From the NCBI GenBank assembly GCA_041946735.1, contig JBHGAY010000045.1, positions 1-25,070 of the forward strand: a DNA stretch of 25,070 nucleotides. The letters run 5' to 3'. This DNA comes from Candidatus Eiseniibacteriota bacterium. Its GTDB lineage: Bacteria; Eisenbacteria; RBG-16-71-46; CAIMUX01; VGJL01. Positions 8,315-17,102 of the stretch are shown piece after piece. Every line of letters begins with the position of its first letter. Position 1 is the first letter of the stretch. The notes under the pieces were generated by a model. That model was not told where the DNA came from. It worked only from the letters and a program-made list of their open reading frames with translations, and made no database searches. Both the position numbers and the translations under genes were made by a program.

Positions 8315-11300
8315 TTACGGAGCCTGCAGGATGAGCTGCGCCGGAAGGTCGGTCACGCGCGCTTCCGCGGTGCCGCCGGCGCCCGCGGCGCTCGCACTCG
8401 CGCCCCCGGCGACCGGCGTGCGCACCACAATCCCGCCGGGCGGGACGCGGATTCCTTCCTCGATCTCGACGGCCACTCCGTCCCCCTGCGCGCTCATCGA
8501 GTAGGAAAGCGGGCCGTAGGATGTCGGCAGGTTGCGCACGCGCACGCCCGGCTCCTCACGAAGCCAGTCGAGCGGGACGCCGGCGCCGACGACGAGCGAG
8601 GAATCGGCCTCGTTCTCGTAGGCGAAGAGATCGAGGGCCGCGCGCACGTAGTCCGATCCGCACCAGGTGTGCGGCATGTCGCCGACGAAGCGGGCCTCGC
8701 CCGGATGGTTCCACACGACCTCCGGCCACTGTCGCCATCCGATCGGCTCGCGGTGCGCGAGAAGGAAGCGAAGCAGCTCCTGCGCGCGCTCGCGCCATCC
8801 GAGACGGACGAACGCTCCCATGTTCCGGATCTCGTAGGGCGTAAAAGCCTCCCAGCTCTCGGCGCCCGTCGCGCGCTTCTCGAAGAAGTCCCAGTAGCGC
8901 TCGAAGGTCGCGCGCAGCGCGCCCTCGGGCACGACTGCGGGTCCCGCCTGGACCGGATCGAGCGCGATCGTCGTCGACGTCGCGTCGAAGTCGCCGAGGT
9001 CGGCCGAGCCGGGCACGTAGTCGATTCCATGGGCGGCCATCGAGCCGCGGATCGAGTTGGCGAGGTCGGCGGCGAACTGCTGGGCGGTCGCGCGAAGGCG
9101 GGCCGCCTCACCGTCCCGCCCGAGGATCGAGGCGATCGTGGCGGCGTCGCGATAGCCGCGGAGGGCGAAGAGGTCGTCCCAGTAGGAGTGCATCGGCTTC
9201 GCGGAGTACCCCTCGTGGCTGATCGACGGCGGGAGGATTCCGTAGAAGATGCCGCCGTCGCGCGTGCGCCACTCCGCCGTCAGGCGCTCGGCGCGCAGGC
9301 GGTCCAGATAGGAGGCCGCGGCCTGAACGTGCGGCCACATCCGCTCGAGGAACGCGCGGTCGCCGGTCGCCTCGTAGACGCGCGCGATCAGATAGACCAG
9401 CTCCCCGTGACTGTCATGCTCCGGGACGGGATCGGCTCCGCGCGCATCGACGCAGCAGGGGACCTTGCCGTCCTCGAACTGATACGACGCGAACCATTCC
9501 GCGAACTCGCGCGCGATCTCCGGGTGGCCGAGCCGGATCAGCGCGGTGCCGGTGAGCGAGCCGTCGCGAATCCAGGAGCGATCGTAGGACCGTGAGCCGG
9601 GCTGGATCCCCGCTCCGTCGCGATTGATCAGGATCCAGCCGAGCTGCGCCCAGATCGTCTCGACGACGTCGCGCGCAGAGTCCGGCACCTCGATCGCGAG
9701 CGGGCCGCGCAGCGCGAGCCACCTTCCGGCGCGCTCCGCCTGTGCGCGCGCGATCGCGGCGCTGTCCGGCTGGAGGGCGGCCGGCGGGGCGGCCGGCGCG
9801 GCGGCCGGGGGAGCAGGCGGCAGGCCGCGGAGCGGAACGAGCAGGTCCACCTCGGTTTCGCCGCCGGCAGGGACGGTGAGGTTCCACGCGAGCGCCGCGC
9901 TCGCGTGCGCGAATGGGTCGCTGGCGCTCGGCGAGGGCGGCACCTGCCCCTTGCGGAGCCAGGACGAGATGGCCCCCTGATCGAACGTCGCCGCTCCGAA
10001 CGCCTCGGGCGGCGGCACCGCCGCGAATCCGCGCGTGCCGTCGACCACGACCGTGTTCTCGCCGGCGCCGCCGCCACGCTCGATCGACCCGATCGTCGTC
10101 GTCCCTCCCGGAGTGTTCAGGAACTGCACGGGCGGGTTCACCTGGAACGGGCGGACGGCGAGGAAGAGCGTGACGGGACGTTCCGCGCTCGCGCGATTGT
10201 ATACGCGGTAGCGGGCCACGACCGTGGGGGAGGGAGCAGGCCGGTCCGCTCCGGTCAGCCGCGCGGTCTCCTGGGGATCGAGCGCGAACGTCTCGATCGA
10301 CAGATCGAGCTCGTGCGCCGGGACGGCCCAGCGGACACGCGGCATGGGGACGGCGCTGTCCGGCAGGCTTGGCGTCGCTGCCACGTCCGCCCAGGTGATC
10401 AGCTTCCCGCCCTCGTAGAGGAACGGCTCGATCGAGAAGGAGCGCTTGCCCGTCTCGAGCCGCCCGTCGGTGTCGAGCAGCGCCTCCTCGGGCTCCCCCT
10501 GGTCGGTGCCGATCACGGTCCACGCCACCGGTTCGCCGAGGATCGCCCGCGGGTAGTCGCCGCGCCGCGCATCGCTCGCGATCGCCCGGTAGAAGGCTTC
10601 GGGCGTCGCGCCCCACTCGAGCGGCTCGATCACAACCTCGCGCAATCCCGTCGGACCGTCCCCGCGCTCGAGGACTCTCACGCGCAGCCAGCGCGACTCG
10701 CTCTCCGGCAGCAGGAGCGGATCGCGCCCACCGTCGCTGTCGCGCACCTCGCGGACGCGCTGCCAGCTCCGGCCGTCGCTCGACGTCTCGATCGCGTAGC
10801 TGCGCGGCTGGCCGCCCGGTTCCCAGTCGAGGACGACGCCGCCGTACTCGCGTGCCACGCGCATGTCGAGGGTCAGCGCCGGCGTCGCATCGCTCGCCGC
10901 CGGCCGCCAGGCCGTCGTCGAATCGCCGTCGACGGCGCGGTCGGCAGTGTGAGGCAGCGCGATCGTCGTCGCGCTCGCGATCGGCCGCGGCGGCGCCGCG
11001 CCGGGCGGCGGAAGCTCCTCCAGCGCGAGGCCGTCGAGCCAGATCGTCCCTTCGCCGCCGCGACCCGCCGAGATGGCGATCTCCAGCGCCGCGACGTGGC
11101 GCAGCTCCCCGCCTCCCGCCGGTCCCCACGCGAAGCCGATCTGCCGCTTCTTCACCGACAGCTCGGTCCAGTCGCGCGGGAACTCGAAGTCGCGCCGGAC
11201 GAACCACCAGACGTTCTCGCCGGTCGAGTCGATCAGCTTGAACTCGAGATTGTTCACCGGCACGCCGTCCGCGCGCAGGCGGAAGCGGAAGGCGTAGTTC

Positions 11301-11575
11301 TCCGGAAGGTCGAGGTCGAGCGCGCGCCGGACGATCACCCAGCCGGCCCCCGCATCGAAGCGAAAGTCGAGGCGCAACGCGCGCCCGTCCACTCCGGCGG
11401 CGCTCGAGATCTTGCCGCTCACGCCGTCGGAAGGATGGACGGACCAGGCCTCGATCGAATCGAAGCTGTCGAGGATGCGCGGCGCGGCGTCCGCGTCGTC
11501 GCCGGCGCCGGCGCCGGCGAGCGCGAGGAGCGCCGCCGAGACTACGAGCGCGAGCAGGAGGCGCGGCCCCTTCAT
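8315..11575 (-). CDS. Secreted discoidin (F5/8C, CBM32-like) domain-containing six-hairpin glycosidase-like protein
   Basis: Likely start is ATG 11575 (MKGPRLLLALVV..., signal peptide), overlapping the upstream permease stop as ATGA. N-terminal galactose-binding-like module, F5/8C-like AVDGDSTTAW...YAIETSSDGRSW, and C-terminal (alpha/alpha)6-type motifs IQPGSRSYDRSWIRDG, PEHDSHGE, SISHEGY, HSYWDD, WPEVV and GDMPHTW. 1086 aa. Confidence 0.85.
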   Translation of the reverse strand: MKGPRLLLALVVSAALLALAGAGAGDDADAAPRILDSFDSIEAWSVHPSDGVSGKISSAAGVDGRALRLDFRFDAGAGWVIVRRALDLDLPENYAFRFRLRADGVPVNNLEFKLIDSTGENVWWFVRRDFEFPRDWTELSVKKRQIGFAWGPAGGGELRHVAALEIAISAGRGGEGTIWLDGLALEELPPPGAAPPRPIASATTIALPHTADRAVDGDSTTAWRPAASDATPALTLDMRVAREYGGVVLDWEPGGQPRSYAIETSSDGRSWQRVREVRDSDGGRDPLLLPESESRWLRVRVLERGDGPTGLREVVIEPLEWGATPEAFYRAIASDARRGDYPRAILGEPVAWTVIGTDQGEPEEALLDTDGRLETGKRSFSIEPFLYEGGKLITWADVAATPSLPDSAVPMPRVRWAVPAHELDLSIETFALDPQETARLTGADRPAPSPTVVARYRVYNRASAERPVTLFLAVRPFQVNPPVQFLNTPGGTTTIGSIERGGGAGENTVVVDGTRGFAAVPPPEAFGAATFDQGAISSWLRKGQVPPSPSASDPFAHASAALAWNLTVPAGGETEVDLLVPLRGLPPAPPAAAPAAPPAALQPDSAAIARAQAERAGRWLALRGPLAIEVPDSARDVVETIWAQLGWILINRDGAGIQPGSRSYDRSWIRDGSLTGTALIRLGHPEIAREFAEWFASYQFEDGKVPCCVDARGADPVPEHDSHGELVYLIARVYEATGDRAFLERMWPHVQAAASYLDRLRAERLTAEWRTRDGGIFYGILPPSISHEGYSAKPMHSYWDDLFALRGYRDAATIASILGRDGEAARLRATAQQFAADLANSIRGSMAAHGIDYVPGSADLGDFDATSTTIALDPVQAGPAVVPEGALRATFERYWDFFEKRATGAESWEAFTPYEIRNMGAFVRLGWRERAQELLRFLLAHREPIGWRQWPEVVWNHPGEARFVGDMPHTWCGSDYVRAALDLFAYENEADSSLVVGAGVPLDWLREEPGVRVRNLPTSYGPLSYSMSAQGDGVAVEIEEGIRVPPGGIVVRTPVAGGASASAAGAGGTAEARVTDLPAQLILQAP

Positions 11576-12429
11576 CCCTTCACGCTCCCCGACAGGATCC
11601 CGCGGATGTACGCCTTCTGGAAAACGAGGAAGACGCCGAGCGCGGGAAGGATCGTGAGCACCGAGCCGGCCATCATCAGCTCCGTGTCCTGCACGTGCTC
11701 GCCGGAGAGGTTGGCGAGCGCGACCGGCAGGGTGTAGTTGCGGCTGTCGCTCAACACGATCAACGGCCAGAGGAAGTCGTTCCACGCGCTGAGGAACGTG
11801 AAAGCGGCGAGCGTCACGAGGATCGGACGCACGACCGGCAGGACGACCGACCAGAAGATCCGGAACTCCCCGGCGCCGTCGATCCGCGCGGCGTTCAGCA
11901 GGTCGTCCGGCAGCCCGATCATGTACTGCCGGATCAGGAAGATCGCGAAGACGCCGGCCAGGTAGGGGACGAGCACGCCGGCGAGCGTGTTGACGAGCCC
12001 CATCTCGCGCAGCAGCAGGAAGAGCGGCAGCATCGCGACCTGGGCGGGGACGACGAGGGCGCTCAACAATCCTCCGAAGATCTTGTCGCGGCCGCGAAAG
12101 CGGAGCTTGGCGAACGCGTAGCCGGCCATCGAATTGAATCCGACCGAGGCGAGCGTCGCGATCAAGGTCACGATCGCGCTGTTCGCGAAGTTGCGGGCGA
12201 GGTCGAGCCGCGTGAAGAGCGCGACGTAATGTTCGAACGTGACGCGCGGCGGGAGGATCGGCGGCGGGGTGGTGTTCGCCGCCCCAGCCGGCATCAGCGA
12301 TGCGGAGACCATCCAGACGAGCGGGGCGAGGGTGAGGAACGCGCACGCGAAGAGCGCGACGTGGACAGCGGCGGTCCGGAAGCGCTGAGCCGCCGTCGTT
12401 CGGTTGCGCGTGGCGCGGGCCGCGCTCAT
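11572..12429 (-). CDS. Carbohydrate ABC transporter permease (MalG-like)
   Basis: Start ATG 12429 (MSAARAT...) overlaps the upstream stop as ATGA. Motifs AGYAFAKLRFRGR, EAA-type loop LPDDLLNAARIDGAGEFRIF and WNDFLWPLIV. 285 aa. Confidence 0.93.
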   Translation of the reverse strand: MSAARATRNRTTAAQRFRTAAVHVALFACAFLTLAPLVWMVSASLMPAGAANTTPPPILPPRVTFEHYVALFTRLDLARNFANSAIVTLIATLASVGFNSMAGYAFAKLRFRGRDKIFGGLLSALVVPAQVAMLPLFLLLREMGLVNTLAGVLVPYLAGVFAIFLIRQYMIGLPDDLLNAARIDGAGEFRIFWSVVLPVVRPILVTLAAFTFLSAWNDFLWPLIVLSDSRNYTLPVALANLSGEHVQDTELMMAGSVLTILPALGVFLVFQKAYIRGILSGSVKG

Positions 12430-13340
12430 TGCTGGATCCTCTGGACGCGGAGCTGAATCAACGTGCCGATCAGGGTCAGGACGAGCAGGAAGAAGGCGAT
12501 CGTCGCGGCGACCCCCATCCGCCACCAGCGGAAACCCTCCTCGTACATCATGAGGACGAGCGTCGTGGTGCTCTGCAGCGGCCCTCCCTGCGTCATCACG
12601 TACGGCTCCGCGAAGATCTGGAAGTAGCCGATCATCGTCGTCACGGCGACGAAGAGGAACGTCGGCGCCAGGCCGGGAAGCGTCACGTGCCGGAATGTCT
12701 GACACCATCCGGCGCCGTCGATCTTCGCCGCCTCGTACAGCTCCTCCGGGATCGACCCGAGCCCGGCGGTGAAGATCAGCATGTTGTAGCCGAAGTTCCG
12801 CCAGACGGCGAGCAGGATGATCGCCGGCATCGACCAGTGCGGATCGCCGAGCCAATCGACCGGCGGGATGCCGATCACGCCGAGCGCCGCGTTGATCCAG
12901 CCGTAGTGCGGATGGTAGAGCGCGCGCCAGAGGATCGCGACGGCGACGAGCGTCGTCACGACCGGCACGAAGAAGACGGTGCGGAAGAGGCTGCGCAGGC
13001 GGACCGACTTGCCGGAGAGCAGGAGCGCGGCGCCGAGCGAGACGAGCACCGACAGCGGACCGCCGACGGCGACGAAGTAGAGCGTGTTGCCGAGCGCCTT
13101 CCAGAAGACCGGCCGCTGGAACAGCTCCACATAATTGTGCAGCCCGACGAAGCGCGCCGTTCCGGGATCGCCGATCGCGTAGATGTCGAAGTCGGTGAAG
13201 CTCAAGAGCAGCCCCGCGATCACCGGCAGGAAGAAGAAGACGAGGAGCAGGACGAGCGCGGGCGTCACGAAAAGCCACGCGGCGCGCGCCTGGCGGATCT
13301 CGGTGACCGCGCGGGGGGCGGCGCCCGGCTTGCTGCTCAC
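12426..13340 (-). CDS. Carbohydrate ABC transporter permease (MalF-like)
   Basis: GTG start. Motifs FVGLHNY, FWKALGNTLYF and EAA loop IPEELYEAAKIDGA, with multiple hydrophobic segments. 304 aa. Confidence 0.93.
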   Translation of the reverse strand: MSSKPGAAPRAVTEIRQARAAWLFVTPALVLLLVFFFLPVIAGLLLSFTDFDIYAIGDPGTARFVGLHNYVELFQRPVFWKALGNTLYFVAVGGPLSVLVSLGAALLLSGKSVRLRSLFRTVFFVPVVTTLVAVAILWRALYHPHYGWINAALGVIGIPPVDWLGDPHWSMPAIILLAVWRNFGYNMLIFTAGLGSIPEELYEAAKIDGAGWCQTFRHVTLPGLAPTFLFVAVTTMIGYFQIFAEPYVMTQGGPLQSTTTLVLMMYEEGFRWWRMGVAATIAFFLLVLTLIGTLIQLRVQRIQQ

Positions 13341-13377
13341 GGCAGGTCCTCTGCGCCCCAGCTCACGGCAGGTCCTC
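13335..13377. repeat. 17-bp direct repeat duplicating the SBP/permease stop-start junction
   Basis: GCTCACGGCAGGTCCTC occurs at 13335-13351 and 13361-13377 (minus strand GAGGACCTGCCGTGAGC), period 26 bp. Confidence 0.9.
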
Positions 13378-14688
13378 GCCGGCGCCGGCGCGATGCGCGA
13401 GGAGCGAGCGCCGCTTCTCCAGGATCCGGTACACCTCCCGGTCGAGCCCGGCGAGGACCGAGTCGGGATCGACGTCCGGGCCGCCGCGCACGGCGCGCTC
13501 CGCCTCGATCGCCAGGCGCGAGGCGATCAGCTCCCACTCCGGCACCTTCGGCGTCGGCGTCACGCGCTGGAGCTGCTCGCGGAAGGCTACGAGCCGCGGG
13601 TCGGCCGCGAGCGAGGAATCGTCCCATGCGGCGCGATTCGCCGGAAGGTCCCCGGTCAGCTCGCGAAACTCGAGCTGCCGCTCGCGCTCGGAGAGGAAGA
13701 GGATCAGCTTCCACGCCTCCTCCTTGTGCTCCGACTCGCGAAAGAGGACCAGGCTCGATCCGCCGGCGAGCGAGAGGCCCGAAGCCGGTCCGGTCGGCCC
13801 GGGGAGCGGCGCGGTCGTCCAGTCGTCCTGTTGCTCGGGAGGCAGGCGGCGCGCGAACTCGCCCAGGTTCCAGGGGCCGGTGATCACCATCGCGAAGGTG
13901 CCGCGCCCGAACTCCTGGTACATGTTCGCGATCTCGTTGTTCGTGACCGGGGGCGACAGCTCGTCCTTGAACAGGCCGACGTAGAAGGCGAAGGCGCGGC
14001 GGAACGGCGGCTCCGAGAAGGCTCCGCGGGTCGCGTTGTCGGCGAGGAGCGGCGAGCCTGCCTGCAGCCCGAGGATCGCGGGCTGCGCCCATTCGTTGAT
14101 CGGCAGGAAGATCCCGTAGGTCTTGCCGCCCGACGCGCGGCGGATCGCTTCCATTGCCGCCCGCCATCCGGCCCAATCGCCCGGCATCGAGTCGTAGCCG
14201 GCCTCGCGGAGGAGGTCGGCGCGATAGAAGAGCAGGCGCGTGTCGACGTACCACGGGATGCCGTAGGGCATGCCGTCGATCACGTTCGTGTCCCAGATGC
14301 CGGGGAATGTGAAGGATGGACCGAGCGACGTCGTGCGGGCGAGCCAGGAGTCGAGCGGCTCGATCGCGCCGATCGCGGAGAACTCCGGCACCCAGGTGTT
14401 GCCGAGCTGCGCGAGGTCGGGCGTCGAGCGGCCGACGTAGGAGGTCAGGAGCTTCTCGTGCGCGGCGGACCACGGGATCTGCTGCACCTCGACCCGGATC
14501 CCGGGATTCTCTCGCTCGAACGCGCGCGTCAGCTCCTGGACGACCTCGCCCTCGCGCCCCATCGCCCAGAAGCGGAGGGTGACGGTCTCGCCGCCGCGCG
14601 AAGGGGAGCAGCCGGGGAGGAGGCCAGCGCAGAGGAGGACGAGGAGCGCGCAGAGCGAGTCGAGCCGAGCGGCCGGGACGTGCTTCAT
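13363..14688 (-). CDS. Sugar ABC transporter substrate-binding lipoprotein
   Basis: Start ATG 14688 overlaps the upstream stop as ATGA. Lipobox-like LLPGC. Family 1 SBP motifs FERENPGIRVEVQQIPW, PDLAQLGNTW, YGIPWYVDTRLLFYR and AMVITGPW. Confidence 0.93.
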   Translation of the reverse strand: MKHVPAARLDSLCALLVLLCAGLLPGCSPSRGGETVTLRFWAMGREGEVVQELTRAFERENPGIRVEVQQIPWSAAHEKLLTSYVGRSTPDLAQLGNTWVPEFSAIGAIEPLDSWLARTTSLGPSFTFPGIWDTNVIDGMPYGIPWYVDTRLLFYRADLLREAGYDSMPGDWAGWRAAMEAIRRASGGKTYGIFLPINEWAQPAILGLQAGSPLLADNATRGAFSEPPFRRAFAFYVGLFKDELSPPVTNNEIANMYQEFGRGTFAMVITGPWNLGEFARRLPPEQQDDWTTAPLPGPTGPASGLSLAGGSSLVLFRESEHKEEAWKLILFLSERERQLEFRELTGDLPANRAAWDDSSLAADPRLVAFREQLQRVTPTPKVPEWELIASRLAIEAERAVRGGPDVDPDSVLAGLDREVYRILEKRRSLLAHRAGAGEDLP

Positions 14689-16334
14689 CGCGGCGCCTCC
14701 GGCGCGGGGGAGCCGAGCCATCCGCCCGAGAAGCCGGCGGCGCGGAGGCCGCGGATGACGTGCGGATTGCGCTGCATCGTCCGCCAGACGAGGCCGCTGC
14801 GGTGATTCTCGATCATCGCGAGGATCGGCCCCTGGTCGATCCCGAGGTAGTCGGTGTCAAACCAGCCGACGCCGGGGACGACGCGCCCGTGCTGCGTGTC
14901 GGCCGGAATGTTCAGCGTCGGGTTCACCGCGTCGAGGAAGCCGTAGGTCGAGAAGACGTGGTCGCCGTAGCGGGAGATCATCTCCCGGATCGCCGGGACG
15001 ACTGCCTCCGGCGCGAAGGCGATCGATGCCACGGCGGCCGACGGGCAGACCGTCCCGTCGTCGTCGATGACCGTGAACGAGGCGCCGCGCGCCCAGTAGG
15101 TGTGGAACTCGCGCGGGCGTCCGTCGATTGTCACCGTCCCCTCCAGCGGGCCGTCGCACGCTGTCAGTCCCCAGAAATGTTCGCCATAGCCGGCGAAGCG
15201 GCTGGGATTCTCGATCGCGTAGCGCTGCTGCGACAGCGCGGCGCGGCGCGAGTTCTCGAAGTAGTCGAGGCCGCGCTCGCGCATCGGCCGGTCCTGGATG
15301 CCGCGGAAGTCGATCCAGACGTGCGTGTACTGATGGCCGAAGAGCGGGGCGAAGCCGAGCTGCTCGTAGCCCTGAAACGTCCCCCAGCGGTAGTTGCTCG
15401 TCCAGACGTCCCAGGCGTCGGCGCCGACCGGATGGCTCGGCGATCCGAGCGCGAGCAGATAGGTCAGCATCGCCTCGTTGTACCCGCGCCAGTCGTAGGG
15501 AAGGAAGCCATTCTCGGGATCGTAACCGTGGCAGATCGACGGCGGACGGGGCTGGGCCCATTGCCAGTCGGCGCGGGCGTAGAGCGCCTCGGCGATGGAG
15601 CGGATGGAGTCTTCGGTGGCGGAGGCAGTGGTGGCGGCGGTGGAGGAGGAGGGGGCGGACGGGGACGTCCCGGCAGAGTTCGGAGCGCCGTCGAAGTACG
15701 ACTCGCAGAAGAGGACGCCGGCCAAGAGCAGCGCGGTGTCCTGGGTCGACAGCTCGACGTCGCGGAACCGGGCGCCGGTCGACGGCTCGAGGAAGTGATA
15801 GTAGAAGCCGCGGAAGCCGATCGCGTCGGAGGAGAGCGAGTCCTGGCGGGCGTCGCGGAGGAAGCGAAGCGTTGCGAGCGTCCGGGCGGCTGCTTGCTCA
15901 CGGGTCACCCAGCCTCGCTCGGCGCCGATGCAGTAGGCAGTGAGCGCGAAGCCGGTGGCGGAGATGCTGGCGAACGAGCGGGTCGGCCAGCGGTCGGGCG
16001 TCAGGTAGGTCGTCGAGTCGGCGTGGTCCCAGAACCAGCGGAAGGTCCGTACGGCGACCGAGTCGAGCAGCGCGGCGTCGGAGGCGGTGGAGAGCCAGGC
16101 GGGGGCGGGACTGACGCCGGTGCTAGTGCCGGTGCCGGTGCCGGAGCCGGTGCGAGGCAGGTTGCCGTTGCTCGAGCAAGAGGTTCCGATCGGAAGGAGC
16201 GCCAGTAGCAGCAGCGGGAGCAGGGCCAGCGGCAGCGGCGTCAGCGGCAGGAAGGCGAGGAACTGATGGACCGCCGCCTGCCGATGCCGCGGCCGGAGTC
16301 GAGGCCGGCAGAGAGTTGCGTCGTGGAAGGCCAC
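14685..16334 (-). CDS. Glucoamylase-like (DUF3131)/GH144-type putative endo-beta-1,2-glucanase, probable lipoprotein
   Basis: Motifs TFRWFWD...PDRWP...ASISATGFAL, GFYYHF, VELSTQDTALL, WRGYNEAM, PLFGHQYTHVWIDFRGI, YFENSRRA, WGLTACDG, YGFLDA and YLGIDQGP. A hydrophobic stretch ends in IGTSC. The start is uncertain: in-frame GTG at 16334 chosen, ATG at 16400 also possible. Confidence 0.85.
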   Translation of the reverse strand: MAFHDATLCRPRLRPRHRQAAVHQFLAFLPLTPLPLALLPLLLLALLPIGTSCSSNGNLPRTGSGTGTGTSTGVSPAPAWLSTASDAALLDSVAVRTFRWFWDHADSTTYLTPDRWPTRSFASISATGFALTAYCIGAERGWVTREQAAARTLATLRFLRDARQDSLSSDAIGFRGFYYHFLEPSTGARFRDVELSTQDTALLLAGVLFCESYFDGAPNSAGTSPSAPSSSTAATTASATEDSIRSIAEALYARADWQWAQPRPPSICHGYDPENGFLPYDWRGYNEAMLTYLLALGSPSHPVGADAWDVWTSNYRWGTFQGYEQLGFAPLFGHQYTHVWIDFRGIQDRPMRERGLDYFENSRRAALSQQRYAIENPSRFAGYGEHFWGLTACDGPLEGTVTIDGRPREFHTYWARGASFTVIDDDGTVCPSAAVASIAFAPEAVVPAIREMISRYGDHVFSTYGFLDAVNPTLNIPADTQHGRVVPGVGWFDTDYLGIDQGPILAMIENHRSGLVWRTMQRNPHVIRGLRAAGFSGGWLGSPAPEAPR

Positions 16335-16834
16335 GGCGCCGATGATAGCCGGTAAGGAGTGATTCTGCTGCTCCCTCTGCAGCGTCCTCTGCTGCCCCAT
16401 TCGGGGAGCGGCGGGCGCCGCCGCCGAGGCTCCCGCCCTCGGAACCGGCCCTCGCCTGAGGAAGACGGGACACGGAGGCTCGGGCCTCGGGCTCGCTCGC
16501 GTGAAGGACCGCTGTACCGGCCAGACGATGGTACCCGCGCGGCGAGCACGTTCCTCGGGGCGGGACCTCGGCGCTCCCCGCCGCGAGTTGACGGATCCCT
16601 CAGAGGGGCGGGGGGCAAGGCGTTCCTTCACCCCCCCCCACACACATAGAGGGGCCGCGCGCCGCTCGGCGGACGGGACGGCGGCGCGGCGCGCGGTCCT
16701 CGCTCGCGCGAAGGAACGGCGGCGCGAGGCCCTCGGGCCCTGCCCGCGCGGCTCGGCAAGCCCGGAGACCCCTCGACGTTGCAGGCACGGGACACCATGT
16801 CACGGCGGGACTGAGTAGGTCCAAGTGGCACGAC

Positions 16835-17062
16835 TTACTTGGCCAGCTCTCGCAGGGCATTGCGGTACTTTCTGGCTCCCTTTGCGGCGATTGCCAGAGC
16901 CCGCTCGACGGACGGATCGTACGGAGTGAGCAGAATTCCGCGGTCGGTCTCCACCGCGAGCACTCGATCCCCGACGGCGAGGTGCAGGCGATCGGCCATG
17001 TCCTTTGGGAGCGTGGCTCCAATCGAGCCGCCTACCTGACGGAGAATGACTTCGCGGGTCAT
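16835..17062 (-). CDS. AbrB/MazE/SpoVT-family DNA-binding protein (addiction-module antitoxin-like)
   Basis: 75 aa. LRQVGGSIGATLPKDM...L.VGD.V...GILLTPYDP, with the C-terminal KYRNALRELAK typical of antitoxins paired with Doc toxins. SD AGGAGG. Confidence 0.88.
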   Translation of the reverse strand: MTREVILRQVGGSIGATLPKDMADRLHLAVGDRVLAVETDRGILLTPYDPSVERALAIAAKGARKYRNALRELAK

Positions 17063-17092
17063 CTTTCCTCCTGCGTTAGGTCCTGCGCCTCG

Positions 17093-17101
17093 ACCATAAC
17101 A
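17093..17101 (-). promoter_or_regulatory. Putative extended -10 promoter element for the antitoxin gene
   Basis: Minus strand TG-T-TATGGT about 30 nt upstream of the ATG; AT-rich in a GC-rich background. Confidence 0.4.
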
Positions 17102-17102
17102 C

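Noticed and set aside
11576..12346. N-terminal extension of the 1343-aa ORF, and likewise the first 283 aa of the 568-aa ORF
   Set aside because: These overlap the upstream permease genes in another frame. The likely starts are the ATGA-coupled ATGs at 11575 and 12429, so they are not fusions.
16631..16648. C9 homopolymer followed by ACACACATA as a possible phase-variation tract
   Set aside because: It lies about 300 bp upstream of the likely start and is not in a supported CDS or promoter. There is no evidence of variability from one sequence.
16628..16831. 67-aa ORF directly after the antitoxin as a possible toxin
   Set aside because: Pro/Arg/Gly-rich, with no toxin motif, no hydrophobic helix and no SD.
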